DNA of 63,298 nucleotides, the filler included, from Neolecta irregularis DAH-3 (Eukaryota), in the NCBI GenBank assembly GCA_001929475.1. It is 4 parts of 4 records of this genome, joined end to end, with 100 filler letters (N's around TTAATTAATTAA, not from the genome) between each part and the next. Parts side by side here need not be neighbours in the genome. Positions count along the whole stretch, not along the records: positions 1 to 31,818 come from LXFE01004042.1; 3 more parts are not named here. The stretch is one strand, 5' to 3'. The number at the start of each line of letters is the position of its first letter. Position 1 is the stretch's first letter. Both the position numbers and the translations under genes were made by a program. The notes beneath the pieces are model-generated. The model did not search any database. It saw only the letters and a program-made list of their open reading frames with translations, and had not been told where the DNA came from. Of this stretch, positions 1 to 13,353 are shown piece after piece.

Positions 1-130
1 GAGCGGGTATAGTGTGTTGCCAACTGACGAGGATTCTGGGTTGTTTGGAGATGAAGAGGATGAAAAAGAGGATGATGTCTAGTGTCGATCTTGCTAGTTA
101 AATTATGCAGGTTATCATTGATTGTTAATT
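1..130 (+). repeat. Second copy of the VPS10 3' end and 3' UTR (matches 30627-30753 with a 3-nt insertion)
   Basis: Direct sequence identity; encodes SGYSVLPTDEDSGLFGDEEDEKEDDV* versus ...EEDEEDDV*. Confidence 0.95.
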
Positions 131-140
131 NNNNNNNNNN

Positions 141-2022
141 GAGGTCCGCCGGTAGCTCGCCTTTCTCTCTCCGTCTAATGCCAGCGGCGCCCTCGTAAAG
201 GCAATGGCCATATGCACCCGCCACTCCTTCCTCCACATCTACAAGGTATTCCCCCCCATCCTCAATCGCTCACTCAGCCCGTCCTTTTGCTGGCCCTCGA
301 GGAATACTTTAGAGCCCCCCACGTACAAACGCTCGCAGACCTCTATACTGCTGTCAATTCAATGAACGTAGACCACATCCCTACCCTCTCCCCCTGGGAA
401 CAGTTAATCCTCCTCATGTCAGACAACAAGGACATGTTTAGAGAACGCTCCTATATACAGCCCCTCCACAGAAACGATCTCACAGACGACAGAGCCACCC
501 TCTTCCCCATCGGCGGTCAAACTACCCCCGTCAACGACATATTCCCAAAAGACACTCACGAGTACGAAACTAAAGTCGTTTACAACGGAATAAACGTCCC
601 CATCAGAGTCCCCGTAGCTACCGCTCCAGGCGTCGTCGGTGACGTAGATTCCCCATTTCCCCATATATTTGACTCCTGCTCAGTGCTCAGTCATCACCCT
701 CATAAACACCTTTTCAAAAGCCCATCTAGCAAACCCCTTGCCCTTTCCATACCATCCCTACCTCACAAGCAGCGGGCCCTCAACCCATCCAATCATCGTC
801 CTGCTAAACGCCCTATTAACAGAACAACGAGTCATGTTTCTCGGCCACGGCTTGCCTTCTGGTGTCGTTGCAAATCATGTCTTGGCTGCTTGTGCTCTGG
901 CAAGCGGATGCACAGGTCTCCTCCGCGGCTTCACTGAACGAACATTTCCATACACAGATTTATCAAAAGTGGACTCTCTTCTCTGCCTGTATATCCCTAT
1001 TTTCTTTTCTACTAACAAAAAACAGCCCCGGCTTCATCGCAGGCGTAACCAACCCAACTTTTGAAAATCATCCTTCCTGGTGGGACGTCCTCTGCAACAT
1101 CGAAACCGGGAGAATCAAAATCTCTCCTGAAATAGAAATGCCTACTCAACTAGATAAAATGAACCGCTACTTTCCAAACGGAACCCCCTCTAGCGATCTT
1201 TTGCGTATGGACACTTTGGATAACGCTTTCATGGACGAGGTACAGTTTCTGTTTTTCTGTTTTTAATTTAGATATATACAATGATTCAATCACATTCTGG
1301 AGAATCTGCAGTTCGAGCTCGATGGAGAGACTGGATTTTGAGATTCATTCAAATGGCCTCGGCGTATGAAGAACTCGCATATGGATCATCAGCAGTATTA
1401 CATACAGATACTACCAATTTTGTCATTCCAGGCCAAGGTTGGGTATGGTCTGACGATAATACGAAATTACGAGATTTAACCGTAAATATGATGCGCTTTG
1501 AAGGATGGAAGAAAACTGCTTCCTATCGTTTTAGAATTTTGGTATCCTTTATTATTTTTACATGCTGATAAAAGGATACGGTTGCTCTTTGTAAACGGCC
1601 TATTTCAGTGTGCGATGTAGATCACCATTTTGAACGTTTGCGAAGATTAAAAGAGATTCCAGCTAGTGAAGTATCCCAGTTCTTCTTTACTCTTCGAGAT
1701 AACGTGACTGAAATTGAACAACTTAATGAGGTATTATCACGTAATGAAGAAATACTAAATGCTCAAGTTGTTGTGTAGTCTTCCACAGCATAAAGGAGGA
1801 TTGAGTCCTCTTGCCCTGGGACTTTTTCACCCGGATTTCAATGTAAGACAAGCCGTTGTCGATATCTTGGAACGTCTTGAAAGACATATTGTACGTTTGA
1901 CATGAGAAATGTGATTTTTAAATAGCTAGGCTGGACGGCATTTTATCAATGCCATGAACCGTTTCCAAAAACTTGCCTTGATACGATTAAAACAAGAAAA
2001 AGGACCTCCTATAGTAGGATAG
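141..2022 (+). CDS. mesA: MesA/Afi1-family polarity axis stabilisation protein (DENN-like), 5'-partial at the gap, multi-exon
   Basis: Motifs [83 protein letters not shown]; spliced stop TAG at 2020-2022. Confidence 0.8.
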
Positions 2023-2041
2023 ACAACTACTGGTATACAGA

Positions 2042-3244
2042 TTAAAGATTCCGGGCATGCGTTGTAACCCAGTCTAATACATCATTCATAACTATAAATC
2101 GGTCGTTTCCAGGTTCATTGTGTACTAGATAATCAACTTTGATAAACATACAATTTCTCACATTCGTGGAAATACCCAGGATATGTCTTGAATGTTTTAT
2201 CTTTTGACGAAATATTCCCAAAGAATTGTTTGCTTGCTTCGTAGGAATTGACCTGTGAATTAGCGGAAACCATTTTAAACTCTCGCCTTGTCTGCGTCTC
2301 CGTGAAGTATAACTATTGGCTTTGTAATAGCCTTTGCGCTCTCTGGCTTTAAAAGGTTCATTCCTCTAACTAATTAACGATCGAAAAAGCTCGCAAATAC
2401 CCGACCAACATGTCACCCACACCTTTAAGAGTCCCAGTACGATGACATAGACTATCGAGATCAATTGAATCCATTTTAATGAAAAGGAAGACATACGGAT
2501 CATTCTTGTATTGTTCCACTACAGTCTGATCGCGAGAGATATCTTGTGGTTTAACTATATTTCTAAGTTGAAACGAGCCCATCATCTTTGCGGCAACATT
2601 CGCCATGGTAAGAACTATTGAAGATACAGTATCAGAAAGTTCGATCAATGGTGCCATAGAAATGTAGCCATCGATCAAATGACGATGAGGTCTACGAATA
2701 GCATATTCAAGTACAAGTGCACCACCTGAAAAAAGTTACTGGTTTTTTTTTCAAAACCTGGATATACCCATTGAATGACCCTGCAAGAATAAAGGTATAC
2801 CTTCTTTTTTGGTCATTAGAACGGCATCATCAATATCTTTTAAAGCGAGGGCCCAACCACCAGTAACACCATACTGAGATTTCGTCTTTGCAGTCTTTCC
2901 AAAACCGCGTTGATCAAATGCAAATATTCGAAGACCCTTTTTCGCAAGGAATTCAAAAAACTGTTGATATCGATCGATATGTTCTGCAAAGCCATGTATA
3001 AAAACTATATCGGCGATAGGAGAACTTTCTGGGCTCCAGGTTCGTTTGTAAAACTAGATTTAGTGATGAACTGGGTTAGAAGGCAGGGTACGCTTTCGTC
3101 CAGCATGGTCGTCTAGAGAGGGTTAGCGGTCATGACCCCGCACTTGGACGATAATCACAAGCCGTCCCGAATCTCGCCACATCACGTTTCGCCGGTTAAA
3201 GGCAGGATATACTTGAAATATACTTGATGTAGTGAAATACTCAT
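2042..3244 (-). CDS. Monoglyceride lipase-like alpha/beta hydrolase (YJU3-like); start approximate
   Basis: Manual translation gives VFIHGFAEHIDRY, FAFDQRGFGKT, LFLQGHSMG nucleophile elbow and C-terminal HNEP. Confidence 0.85.
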
Positions 3245-3366
3245 ACCCACTGTATAATTAGCCGAGAAAGCAAAAGTAAATACAAATCACATGACGGGGA
3301 ATCGCCACCACCAAAACGAGTCACATGCCCGTAACCTTTTTTCAATTCGATATCTTGACACTAATC

Positions 3367-3672
3367 ATGCTGCGTGTAAACCGTATCAGAATGTTGTTTG
3401 GCAGGCGCTACATCTCGTCATCGACACCAAATGAGGGACTTACCAAAGGAGGAAAAGCAATTTACGAAAAATTGTCCAAGGAGTTTCAACCTAGACGTCT
3501 TCGAGTTCTGGACATCTCGGGAGGATGCGGACAAATGTATTCAATAGATATCGCTTCGACAAAGTTTGAGGGACTGAATAGAGTCGAGCAGCATCGACTT
3601 GTTAATGACCTATTAAAAGATGAGATCAAGGGATTTCATGGGTTACAATTGAAAACAGAACCAGCATTTTAG
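3367..3672 (+). CDS. BOL3: Mitochondrial BolA-family protein (BOL3/Aim1-like)
   Basis: VLDISGGCGQMYSIDIAS..F.GL..VEQHRLVN..LKDEI..HGLQLKT; Arg-rich presequence. Confidence 0.9.
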   Translation: MLRVNRIRMLFGRRYISSSTPNEGLTKGGKAIYEKLSKEFQPRRLRVLDISGGCGQMYSIDIASTKFEGLNRVEQHRLVNDLLKDEIKGFHGLQLKTEPAF

Positions 3673-3764
3673 ACATATTTGTCAAGGGATTTTATTTGTG
3701 TAATCAGTCATATTTTTGTCATTCTGCCCCTAAATCACCCACATCCTGTTGTCACAAACACCAT

Positions 3765-4553
3765 ATGGACCTGACTGAAAATATTCGCGCAAAAATCGAC
3801 GATATCAGACGCTCAAAAACCGCGCGGTACACATCAACTTGCGTTACAGTACAAGATCGGATCTCTAAACTTACTCAGCTTTCTGCTAATTTTTATTCAA
3901 AACTCGAGGACGCGCTTGAACAAGAAACAACCTCGCTTAAACCAGCCAAATCTAACTCCCCTGTATCAAAGAGAGACTCTACCGAAATAACTTTTCAAGC
4001 TGATGTAAACGATAGAAGTAGTACTGGGGCAACGGAAATAGATCACGAGGAAGGACATTACCTAGACCCCGTTCCAGTCACATACGACCAGTACATCACG
4101 GGAAACTACAAGCAGAATCACCACAACGGAGAAGAAGCAACAGTCAAGCATTTTACCACCAACCACCCAGAATCGCAGGCTATTATACCTACTACCGATT
4201 CACATTCCAAATCAGATGTCGTATCTCTCCAACAGGATGCATTCGCTACCTCTGCCCTACTCGATGAAAACCGAAAGAAATTAATCGCCATTCGAGAGTG
4301 TTATGCAGATACTTTAGCTCGTTTAGATCGATTAGAAAATGATCTTACCCGAATAAGTAAACAATATGAAAAGGAAGAACAAGCTCGTTTAACAAGCTCT
4401 ACAAATTCCTCACCCATATCGAAAAAAAGGAAACGGGAAGATGATGATACCTTGAAACATTCTCGGAAAATTAACAAGGTGGTTCAAATGTCGGTTGGAT
4501 TCGTTGCCGGTGCAGCCGTCGTTGGAGCAGTAACGAACGGCCACTTTTGGTGA
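3765..4553 (+). CDS. Hypothetical coiled-coil protein with NLS-like KKRKR and C-terminal hydrophobic anchor
   Basis: Intronless 262-codon ORF; C-terminal VGFVAGAAVVGAV. Confidence 0.6.
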   Translation: MDLTENIRAKIDDIRRSKTARYTSTCVTVQDRISKLTQLSANFYSKLEDALEQETTSLKPAKSNSPVSKRDSTEITFQADVNDRSSTGATEIDHEEGHYLDPVPVTYDQYITGNYKQNHHNGEEATVKHFTTNHPESQAIIPTTDSHSKSDVVSLQQDAFATSALLDENRKKLIAIRECYADTLARLDRLENDLTRISKQYEKEEQARLTSSTNSSPISKKRKREDDDTLKHSRKINKVVQMSVGFVAGAAVVGAVTNGHFW

Positions 4554-4871
4554 TATTTCGCTGCGGGAACGGTTGGTCATGAATATAAGGAGTTTGGTTG
4601 TACATAGCAATTCCTTTGTCATCTTTTCAATATGAATTCTTGGCCATGATCAGTGGGGTTAACCTCTTGCGAATAAACATATGCGAAATGATCGTTACAT
4701 ATCCTTGTCGTCGTCCGTGATGAGGTCTATTCGCCTCTTGATTGTGTTGATTATAGAATCGGATATCTAGCCTTCGTGTTTGTTAAGCCGGTAGGAAGCT
4801 GAATCGATGAAAATTTCCAAGACATTACCAGAATATTACCAGCATGTAAGGGTACAAGCACGCCTAGCCTA

Positions 4872-5789
4872 TCAAACCTTTGAGATATATCCGCATAGTT
4901 TCCACAATATAGTGAAGAGCCTCTTTGCCGCTGATCCAGATGTATCCAAAACAGTCAACTCCACATTGTCCATGGCCTTTCGTTCTTTGCATTTTTCTAT
5001 CATATCTCGACCTAAGAGATTCCACATTGAAAATATTAATGTCACATTTTGATCGTCAACCTGGAACTCATCCCATGTATAAGGAATATTCTCGGTCCAA
5101 TCCAACAAAAAATGAAAATTGTGTTTGGTTTGCTTTATAATTTCATCGTCTGACTTGACGTTGCGCAACCATGAAGGTTCTGTTTCAAGGATGGAGAAAA
5201 GTTTCAATCGAAGCAAATTAAGAATGTAATCCGGCATATCTTCTCTCCATATGACACGTGAATTTAAATCTTGGGGAATTGCTCTTTTATATTGGCCTTT
5301 ACCCAAGAAAGATATGATATCTTTCTTTGGCTGGATCCAGCGTCCTAATCCTGTGGGTTTATCCATAGATGAATGAAGACCATCTGGGAGAATCCATAAT
5401 TTATTGGTATCAGCATTTCGAATAACTTGAAACCTTTGTAGAAGAGCTACAATTTAGAAACTACGTGTATGATGGTGATATACCAGACGGTAGTAGTTGT
5501 TGAGAGAACACATCACGACGTATTGGAGAAGAAATTAAATGAGCTTGCTGTTAGTGTATCGCACCAAGTGCATTCTACCGAATGGATTTAGAACGAGCCG
5601 CTCCTCTGCTGGTGTCAGACCCTCCTTATTTCCATGGAATTTCGGCGCTAGTCCCTTGGAAGGTCGTGGTGATGGATATACAACTGTAGGATCCAGGAGC
5701 ATTGATTTTGACTGAAGAGGTTTCGGATTATAACTTACTTTACTCTTCCGCGATGAAATTATGTTTTTCAAAGGACAGACGGCTTTCAT
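4872..5789 (-). CDS. Hypothetical protein, multi-exon
   Basis: ORFs 5535-5789 and 4872-5366 joinable through GT-AG introns. Confidence 0.55.
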
Positions 5790-5903
5790 ACTGACGTAAA
5801 TAAATCTGGTTGGCCAGTTTTATTTTGGTGTGACAGATCTGTTGTCTTAAACTTGAGGCTTTCGGAAACTACTATGTTCTGGACTCTGAAACCGTAACTG
5901 CGA

Positions 5904-6544
5904 ATGATCCCTCGGCCGAATTTTTCGAATGCTGCATCATCCTATTACTTACACAATGCTAGACGATATAATTCGTCGTACAATCTGCAGGATGGTTTGA
6001 GAAAATTTATGAGATGTGTTCCACAACCAGGTGCGAGAACAAAATGGATCAAAGTCATTTACATCAAGCCGTCATAATTACAACTTGCTGCTCTGAAAAT
6101 CACAAGATACGTCGTGGGATTACTGTGTCTTCGTTTAATACTCTTTCGATGGCTGAACATCCTCTGGTCAGTTTCAATGTTCAGCTTCCTTCTCGATTCG
6201 CAGAACTGCTTCGCCAGTCGTCCAAATTCATTGTCAACTTCCCAAGAGCATGTAGAGAACATGCTGCTCTTGCACACACCTTTTCAATCGCTGGATTCAA
6301 AATAGAAGAAAGAATCGGCGATCTTTTCGAATCTGCCAAATGGAGTGCCACCAAATTTGGTCCTTTAGCTTTAACTGATGCTTTGGGCCGATTGCACTGT
6401 GAAGTTGTGGAAAGAATTCCAGTGGAAGATCATGAACTGATAATTGGGCGAGTGAAGTCTATATATGATCTTTCCGAAGATGCAGACGAGGACGCACTGA
6501 TATATGCCCATCGCAACTATTGTGCCCTGGGGGAAAAACTCTAA
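5904..6544 (+). CDS. Flavin reductase-like FMN-binding domain protein
   Basis: LRKFMRCVPQP/AVIITT, RGITVSSFNTLS..PLVSFN, DHELIIGRV, LIYAHRNY. Confidence 0.85.
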
Positions 6545-6708
6545 AGCAAACTTGGGAAAGTGTACGGGAGACTCGGTCAAGCTTAAGCAAAATGATAACC
6601 AAAGTGAATTGCTATTGCTGCATGATATTTAATACAGGAGTCAGCATGCTACAGATGAATACCGGAGACTGCATGTTACAGATGGAGATATGCAGAAGAA
6701 TACAAGAT

Positions 6709-8674
6709 CTAAGGATTGAACGAAGCACGATTTTCAAGCAAGATCGTCGAAGGAGGAAGATTACCAAATTGCGATCCATCAAGGATTTCTTGAGTTGATC
6801 TTTCCACCCTAGAGATTTGTTCCAAAAACTCCTGTTCCAGTCGCTTCCTTCGCCTAGTAATCTCGGAACGTTGTTTTCGGCGAGCAAGGATCATTGCAAT
6901 ACCCTGGACGTCGGGATTCTCTTTAAGACGTGCGATATCAGCGGACAATTTCCGATTTCTGACAGCCAGCTTATCCTTTCGTGAAGAAAGAGCAGAGTTC
7001 TCATTTGTAATATCTTTGAGCATTCGATCGACCTGCGATATTCGACATTGTACCTCACTTTCTATCTTTTCTTGATTGGCCTGGGCAGTTTCCCATCTTA
7101 TTTTCGTCCAACTCTCAATGTCTTTTTGATTTATAATAGCTTGACGTAAATTTTCAATCTCAGTTTGCAAAATATGCAACTCTTCTTCTATTCTTCGGAC
7201 AAATTCTCTCAGGAATAAAATTCTTCTATGGGCCCGCTCCTCTCCTTTATCCGTGCCGCCACATTTCGATTTCAAGCTTTCGAGCTCTCCACGCATCAAT
7301 GAAATTGTCTTGCTGTTATCTTTCCGTAGTTTCTTCATGCGTTGACGATTCTCATTTAGTCGAGCGGATTCTTGATGCATTTCTTCTTGACATAAAGTGG
7401 TAGTTTGTTCGGGAGAGGCTTCCTGAAATACATCATTCGGATTTACGTGTTCTAAGTGTGAGTTTTAAGTCTAAGACTGATATAAAACCTTGATCAGGTG
7501 TGGTACGGAAATTAATACACGTGTAAAGATCAGGAAAATCAGGAGATGTAATTTCGATTGAGTACTCGGTAGCAGGATTCAAGCCTAGAATGGCCAGTTT
7601 TCGGGTTTGAACAAGCTTGCTTTCGGAGATAGCATCTGCAGCCTCATCGTAGTCTTCTGAATCCTGGTTGATTATCGAGATTTGAGACCAGGGAAGATTA
7701 TCAACTGCAACCACCAGTCGATTTAGAACGTCAACAGATGCATGCGACGCCAATGCTACATCTACATGTCCAATGTTATGAACCCAAAAGATTGGACTAT
7801 CCGAAAATCCATATTTCTTTGCTGCAGATGTCTCATTCTGGCCCAACTTGCTTCGAACAATGGTGCCAGCGAGGAAGCTCCATATCGGTTGATATATCGA
7901 ATGATCCGTCAGGGCTGCGGTACAGGATTCATTATCTGAATACGAATAGCTCGACGATTCGGGATCTGCAAATTGATTTTTGTGAAGTCGTCCACAGATG
8001 GTGTCAAGGAGGAACGTCGCTAGGATATGGAGCGCAGCTATTTGCTGGCAATAATCTAATATAGAGGTCTGAAGCCGTTTTACAACATCGATGAAGGTCA
8101 ATTCCGAGCCGGGAAGCCACATTGTGCCGATTGCAGGAGACCGGGTGCTTTCGTGAATTTTAAAAGCGTTTCGAATAATCCTTACGCCTGCCACGATGGT
8201 AGTACATAGACCAACTGACTTCGATCCCCCTCCTGCAAGACGCGTGGCAAACACCACATGTGCAAATTCAGATAGCAAGCACTTCAAAGACGGCCAGACA
8301 AGGGATATAGTGACAGTAATGACAACATCTGCCAGCAGTATTGTTGTTATCGACGGAGTGTATGTACGGGAGAATGACGGGAAGGCTGGGGAGGTCGGAG
8401 ATGATGGGACGAAAGTGTAGCAGACGTAAATCATATGCAACAAGGTATAGAGGAAGACGGGCAGGTTCAGAACGACGAGGAGGAGCGCAAGTGAGTCGAA
8501 CAGAGGAAGATGGGGTACGAGACTTGCAGGAATCGAAATTCTCGGAGGAATCATCTCCTCGAAAATAGTTGGCTGCAAGCGAAAAATAGTTGGCGAAGAT
8601 TTTTGAGAAATGCGGCTTGCATTAAGCAGGCCGTGGGGTTGCTCTTGTGGCGACCGGTGATTGGAAATCCACAT
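6709..8674 (-). CDS. acrB: AcrB-like ubiquitination-network protein (N-terminal TM segments, FN3-like region, coiled coil); start approximate
   Basis: DSLALLLVVLNLP..TLLH, LGLNPATEYSIE, long coiled coil with GGTDKGEERAHRR. Confidence 0.65.
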
Positions 8675-8855
8675 ATCTGAGTACTGCAGAGGCCAGATCA
8701 ATTTCTGCGATGCGAACAGACCGGCAAAGCAAGGCTGTGGTGGTATGTTACAGACGCATATGCAACGAAGAAAATAGCAGGTGTGCTGATTTGGCGGTGA
8801 ACCAGCTTTTTAATCATTGTTTCATCTGGGCCGTTCCTGTTCTCCCACCGCCGAG

Positions 8856-9224
8856 ATGCTAAGACAGTCTGCGAAAATCGTGCTAAAGCGCAGCAGCAGG
8901 CGCACTGCCGAGCCTCCGTTGTTCAAGCAGACAGTCGTTCTGTCAGACGGAAGCACCTTTACGTTGCCGTCTACATCGCCCAGACCCGTTGTCAGATCGA
9001 CCAAAGACGTCAGGAACCACCCGCTCTGGAATCCTACAGACGCGCGCAGTTCCGCAGAAGCAGACGAATCAGGCCGTCTAGCTCGGTTTAAAAGCCGCTT
9101 TGGGGGGCAATATACAGCAGACGAGCAGCAGACCAAAGAGGACAATCCCATGGACTGGATGTGTGATGATTCAATAGCAGCTCCTTCGGAGGGCTATGAT
9201 CCAAAGAAAGGCAAGAAAAAGTGA
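8856..9224 (+). CDS. MRPL36: Mitochondrial ribosomal protein bL31m
   Basis: FKQTVVLSDGSTFTLPSTSP....STKDVRNHPLWNP, GRLARFKSRFG. Confidence 0.85.
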   Translation: MLRQSAKIVLKRSSRRTAEPPLFKQTVVLSDGSTFTLPSTSPRPVVRSTKDVRNHPLWNPTDARSSAEADESGRLARFKSRFGGQYTADEQQTKEDNPMDWMCDDSIAAPSEGYDPKKGKKK

Positions 9225-9334
9225 CAGCGCATGTGCAAATATAGAGACAGGATCTGTAATTTCTTTTGTAGATATTCTTTATGCATTCATGTGGTGCCTC
9301 GAAGGATTGGAAAACTAGCCATACGATCATTGAC

Positions 9335-11241
9335 CTACCGCTCATTCCCATCCTCCAAAGTATTAACCTCGCGGTCCAAAGTCTGAATGTATGTCTCCCA
9401 GTGTTCTATGACCTGAGTTTTAGCACTCCTTTCTTGGATCAACTCAATACCTCCTTCTGCGCTTCTACGGCGCTTTCTAGGTAGATCTCCACACTTGCCT
9501 TGAAATCTTCTACTTTCTCGACGTCAAATCGATCCAACTCCTGTTTCAATAATTTTCCGACTTCCTCAAACTCAAGCCTTAGTTGATTGCAGCGTCTTTC
9601 AGTTTCAACTCCTTCTGCAGTGAGTTGAGACAATCGATCTGTCTGAGTCTTCCCAGAGCGATGTAATTTCTCCACATGTTGTCGACGTTTATTCAAATCA
9701 CTTTCTGCATTTTGCCACGTCAGAAAGACTTTTTGCCGAGATGCAAAAGCGACCTTGATACTGCCGACAATGCGTACGTATTCATCGATTGTATTGCCAA
9801 GGGTCAGGATATCCTGCTCGGCATGACGTTCATAGAGTTCTTTAATCCGTATTTGCACATCAGCTAGCGCACCGAAACAAATCGACAAGGATTTGTTGAG
9901 CTCTACCAGTGATAAATTCTCCAATGCTATGCTGAATTCATAACTGGCTTCCGCGAGATCTAAGATCAAAAAGGTCCACATACATTTGCATTCCATACCC
10001 TTTCTTTGCAAGACAACAATATCAATTGCTTTCGAAAGAGCCTTCAACTGAAGTTCAAGCGAATCCAATGCAATTTTTCTGTGTTCAAAGTACTAAGATA
10101 TCATTATCATCCATTTTATATGGGTCACCTCGTCCTGTTCAATGAATTTCCCACTGAATGAGCCACCAGTCAAGGCCCCTCCGATTGAACTTATGATTCC
10201 CTTACTTTCCGGCACAAATCCTTTTTCTTTTTGCTTGACCTTAATCTGTTAATCTTAAGTCGGACGGAACCATACATCAACATTGAATGTTTCAGATTCA
10301 AGGAAAAGCTTCAAGTCCATATCACGTTGTAATATGGGATGTGAAACGGTCTTGGTAAGCATCCGCTCCAGAGCCATTCGGCGACTTTCAACAAAGTTAT
10401 CGCCAAATCGCCCTGTTTATTAGAATATAAACAATGCAAATGTGAGGTACCGACAGCTTGCTTCTCTGGGATCGGAGGAACGATTGCCCCTGGGTGATTT
10501 GAGGTAAGAGAATTATATAGCCATAAGAAATCTTTGTACCGTCGAGATACGAAGAATTCTTGCTGTTTGTAGGCCTTCGAATTCGTCTATTATTAACAAT
10601 TGCCCCCAAACACGAGGAATGTACTTTTGTAGCTACTTTATAAACAGTGTGAGAGGAGAGAGGATCTCCGATCCTATGAGGATCACCGACAGAAATTTTA
10701 AAGATAGGATTTTCAGCGGCCTTGTCCAACGGGATATTAAGAGCTCTCCGAATATTTGGAGTAGGACTTGAGTGCGTAGTGCTCGTTCGTGATTTTTCTG
10801 GTGTTTGTGCTATGGGAGAATGCACAGATCCTTTGCTAGGCAGAGGAGGAGCTTCAGTAACTGGAGTTGTGTCATTTAAGGGCCCTAGAGGTCCAGCATC
10901 AAGGTCGAGGTTTTCCAACTTTGAAGAAATATTTAAACTGGGTCTCCTGCCCGCCGACCTTCGAATGCTTGACTTTGTAGTACTACGAGCGGACGGCAGA
11001 TTCGATGATCTCGGAACACGGTCTGGGGATTCAGGGACCCTTTCTCCCCTTACGGGATGCGGTGAATCGATGTTTGAAGATTCTACAGAATGAGTGGATT
11101 TAAAGGTTTGTGGGTGTCACGACCTGCCTGTGCACCAGGTTGGCTAACAGGCTTCGATTCGAGGGTTGCTTTGGACTCCGGATTGCTCATTGAAGGAGCA
11201 TCTGCGAACGGGTTGTGATCATCAAACCCAGGAAATGACAT
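9335..11241 (-). CDS. VPS5: Retromer sorting nexin (PX-BAR)
   Basis: FKISVGDPHRIGDPLSSHTVYKV PX start; BAR domain LGNTIDEYVR, ELDRFDVEKVEDFKASVEIYLES, VIEHWETY. Confidence 0.9.
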
Positions 11242-11423
11242 GGACCTATGTCGGTTCTGCGACTAAGGTGGTAATTGAGGGTCGTGGTTAATCGGAAGAT
11301 AAGGTCGCGATTATCAAACACTAAATGCCCACAGGAAGGAAATCTAGATAATATCGTATTGACAGTATACACTAATCATTTATTTCTTCACGTCTATGCT
11401 CTGCGATTGTATACTCGTCTGTT

Positions 11424-12622
11424 TTATTTTGCAGCAGAAATTTCAACTCCTCCAGTGGCTCCCAATATTCTTTTTATATCTCCGTAGATGGCAAATTGAC
11501 CTGCAGTCAGTGTTCCCACCTAAACTCGTCAAACCAAATCTTACAGGAGTAAATACCATTACGATACGAGCACCGAGACCACCAAATGAGCCCTTGATCC
11601 CGAGTTCCTTGGCGATTTTGAATAATCTAGAAGTTGTAGACTCGCCAGGAAGGCCTCTACATAATCAGGAAACCATTATTGGTAATACACTACCGAGTCT
11701 TGTTGATTTTACTCAGCATGGTATCGGCAGGTTGTGAGATGATTGCCGCCGCAATACCAGCTGCCAACCCCGAGCCCAAGTTGATAGCTGTGTTGGCCCC
11801 ATTGGAAAGTTCAGATTTTGGAGTTGCAATGCGTTTGTAAATTAGTTCAGAAACTCGTTCGTAAACGACAAACTAGGTCGAGGTCAGTAAATATCATTGG
11901 TGTGAAAACCTTGGCCATAGTATATGGGACCTGTTTGAATAAAATTGGGCCAAAGCCAGAATAGAAAGCTCCAATCCCTTCCTGGGAATAGATTTTCCCA
12001 AAGCCGGAGATGAGACCGCTAGCAAACGTTGGTTGAGAGACGAGACGAATGCGAGTGGCTTCGAGGGGGCAGAGAGCGATATCAGCAAAGAATTCGGCCA
12101 TTGCTGAGGAAGCAAGGTAGACCGCAGTCCGATTGTTGATAGCGGCCTCCACACCAAGGATATCGATCCAGGTCTTTTTGAACAATTCATATCCTCCAAA
12201 TTTGAAGCCACCTTGGCTGAAATGTTAGAATTTCCTTCAACAATCGTTTCGTACAGAAAATATCCTGCTGCAGTCGGGCCAAATCCAGTCAAGAGTGCAC
12301 CAGCACCTTCGGTTGAGACGACGGATCTGAATGCATGAACCATCCCCTTGTTGTACTTGGCAGGGTCTAACTGAATTCGAGTTTTCACGCTATTCATTAA
12401 ACAATGCAATCAGGCAATCATTTGCGTACACATCGACTGGTGTCAAGGCACCGTGGGTGATTGAACAACAGACAGCACCTAAAAATGTCTCAGTGACTTG
12501 GCGCGACGATTGCGAATTTATATACCAGCAAATGCAAATCGAGCATATAAATCAAGGCCTGTATGTCTTGTACCAACAGCCTCAACAGCAGCGATCTTGG
12601 CTTCCTGGATTTTTCCAGACAT
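11424..12622 (-). CDS. MIR1: Mitochondrial phosphate carrier
   Basis: [58 protein letters not shown]. Confidence 0.95.
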
Positions 12623-12786
12623 GAGAGAGCCGGAAGATTAATAAAAGAAACTGGATTAAGGGGGGTTGGAGGTGAAAATATTCAATTGCGATCTAGTTCA
12701 GTATTCGCCGGCCCCACCCGATATCCCGAATATATAACACATGGGTTACATGACAACTTCGCCCATGCGCAAAAGATCCACGACAT

Positions 12787-13084
12787 CAGCTGCCCATATC
12801 ACCATACTCAAGTCTTTTCCGCCTCCGAATATTCATCTCTGTCAGGTCAAACTTGGCAATTAGTAAACTACAATAATATCAAAAATCCGAAGTTTACGAG
12901 CACCAGCTCCCTTTCCCGTATAACCACCAAGCCCAGACCCACCTCCATAGCACAGCCAAACCTCTTGGTCGTATTCAAATAAACAAGCGTCGTTCGCACG
13001 ATCATGGCCAGCCACAACTTGAGACACATTCGCAGCCGCAAACCCTTTCAATGCCCCAGAGTTATATGTTGGAGGCCCGTCCTG
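12787..13084 (-). pseudogene. Remnant of the C-terminus of a DCR2/SIA1-like calcineurin-type metallophosphoesterase
   Basis: GPPTYNSG..VAGHDRANDAC..WLCYGGGSGLGGY..RKLRIFD then KRLEYGD; no room for the N-terminal domain before the TFIIIA 3' end. Confidence 0.6.
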
Positions 13085-13353
13085 TCGATTTAGAAATTAT
13101 CCATATATCTTTTACATCAATGAGCACCATGTTCGTAACGATAGCAGCATTAAATACACAATCCACTTTCCAAGCCCTCATTATCCCTGTGGAATCTCGC
13201 TCTTGCGCATCATCATCGAAAGAGAAACAAATTATCACAACCTATTCTCGCCCTTTGTAAAAACAATCCCTCTACCATGCACGTTTTTGTTTCTCAAAAA
13301 ATGAATTACAATCGAAGCAAGATAATTTTCGACTAGTGATGTAATCAGGCTAA

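Noticed and set aside
2930-2950. Apparent frameshift in the lipase gene
   Set aside because: Recounting the homopolymer shows a continuous frame (FLAKKGLRIFAFDQRG)
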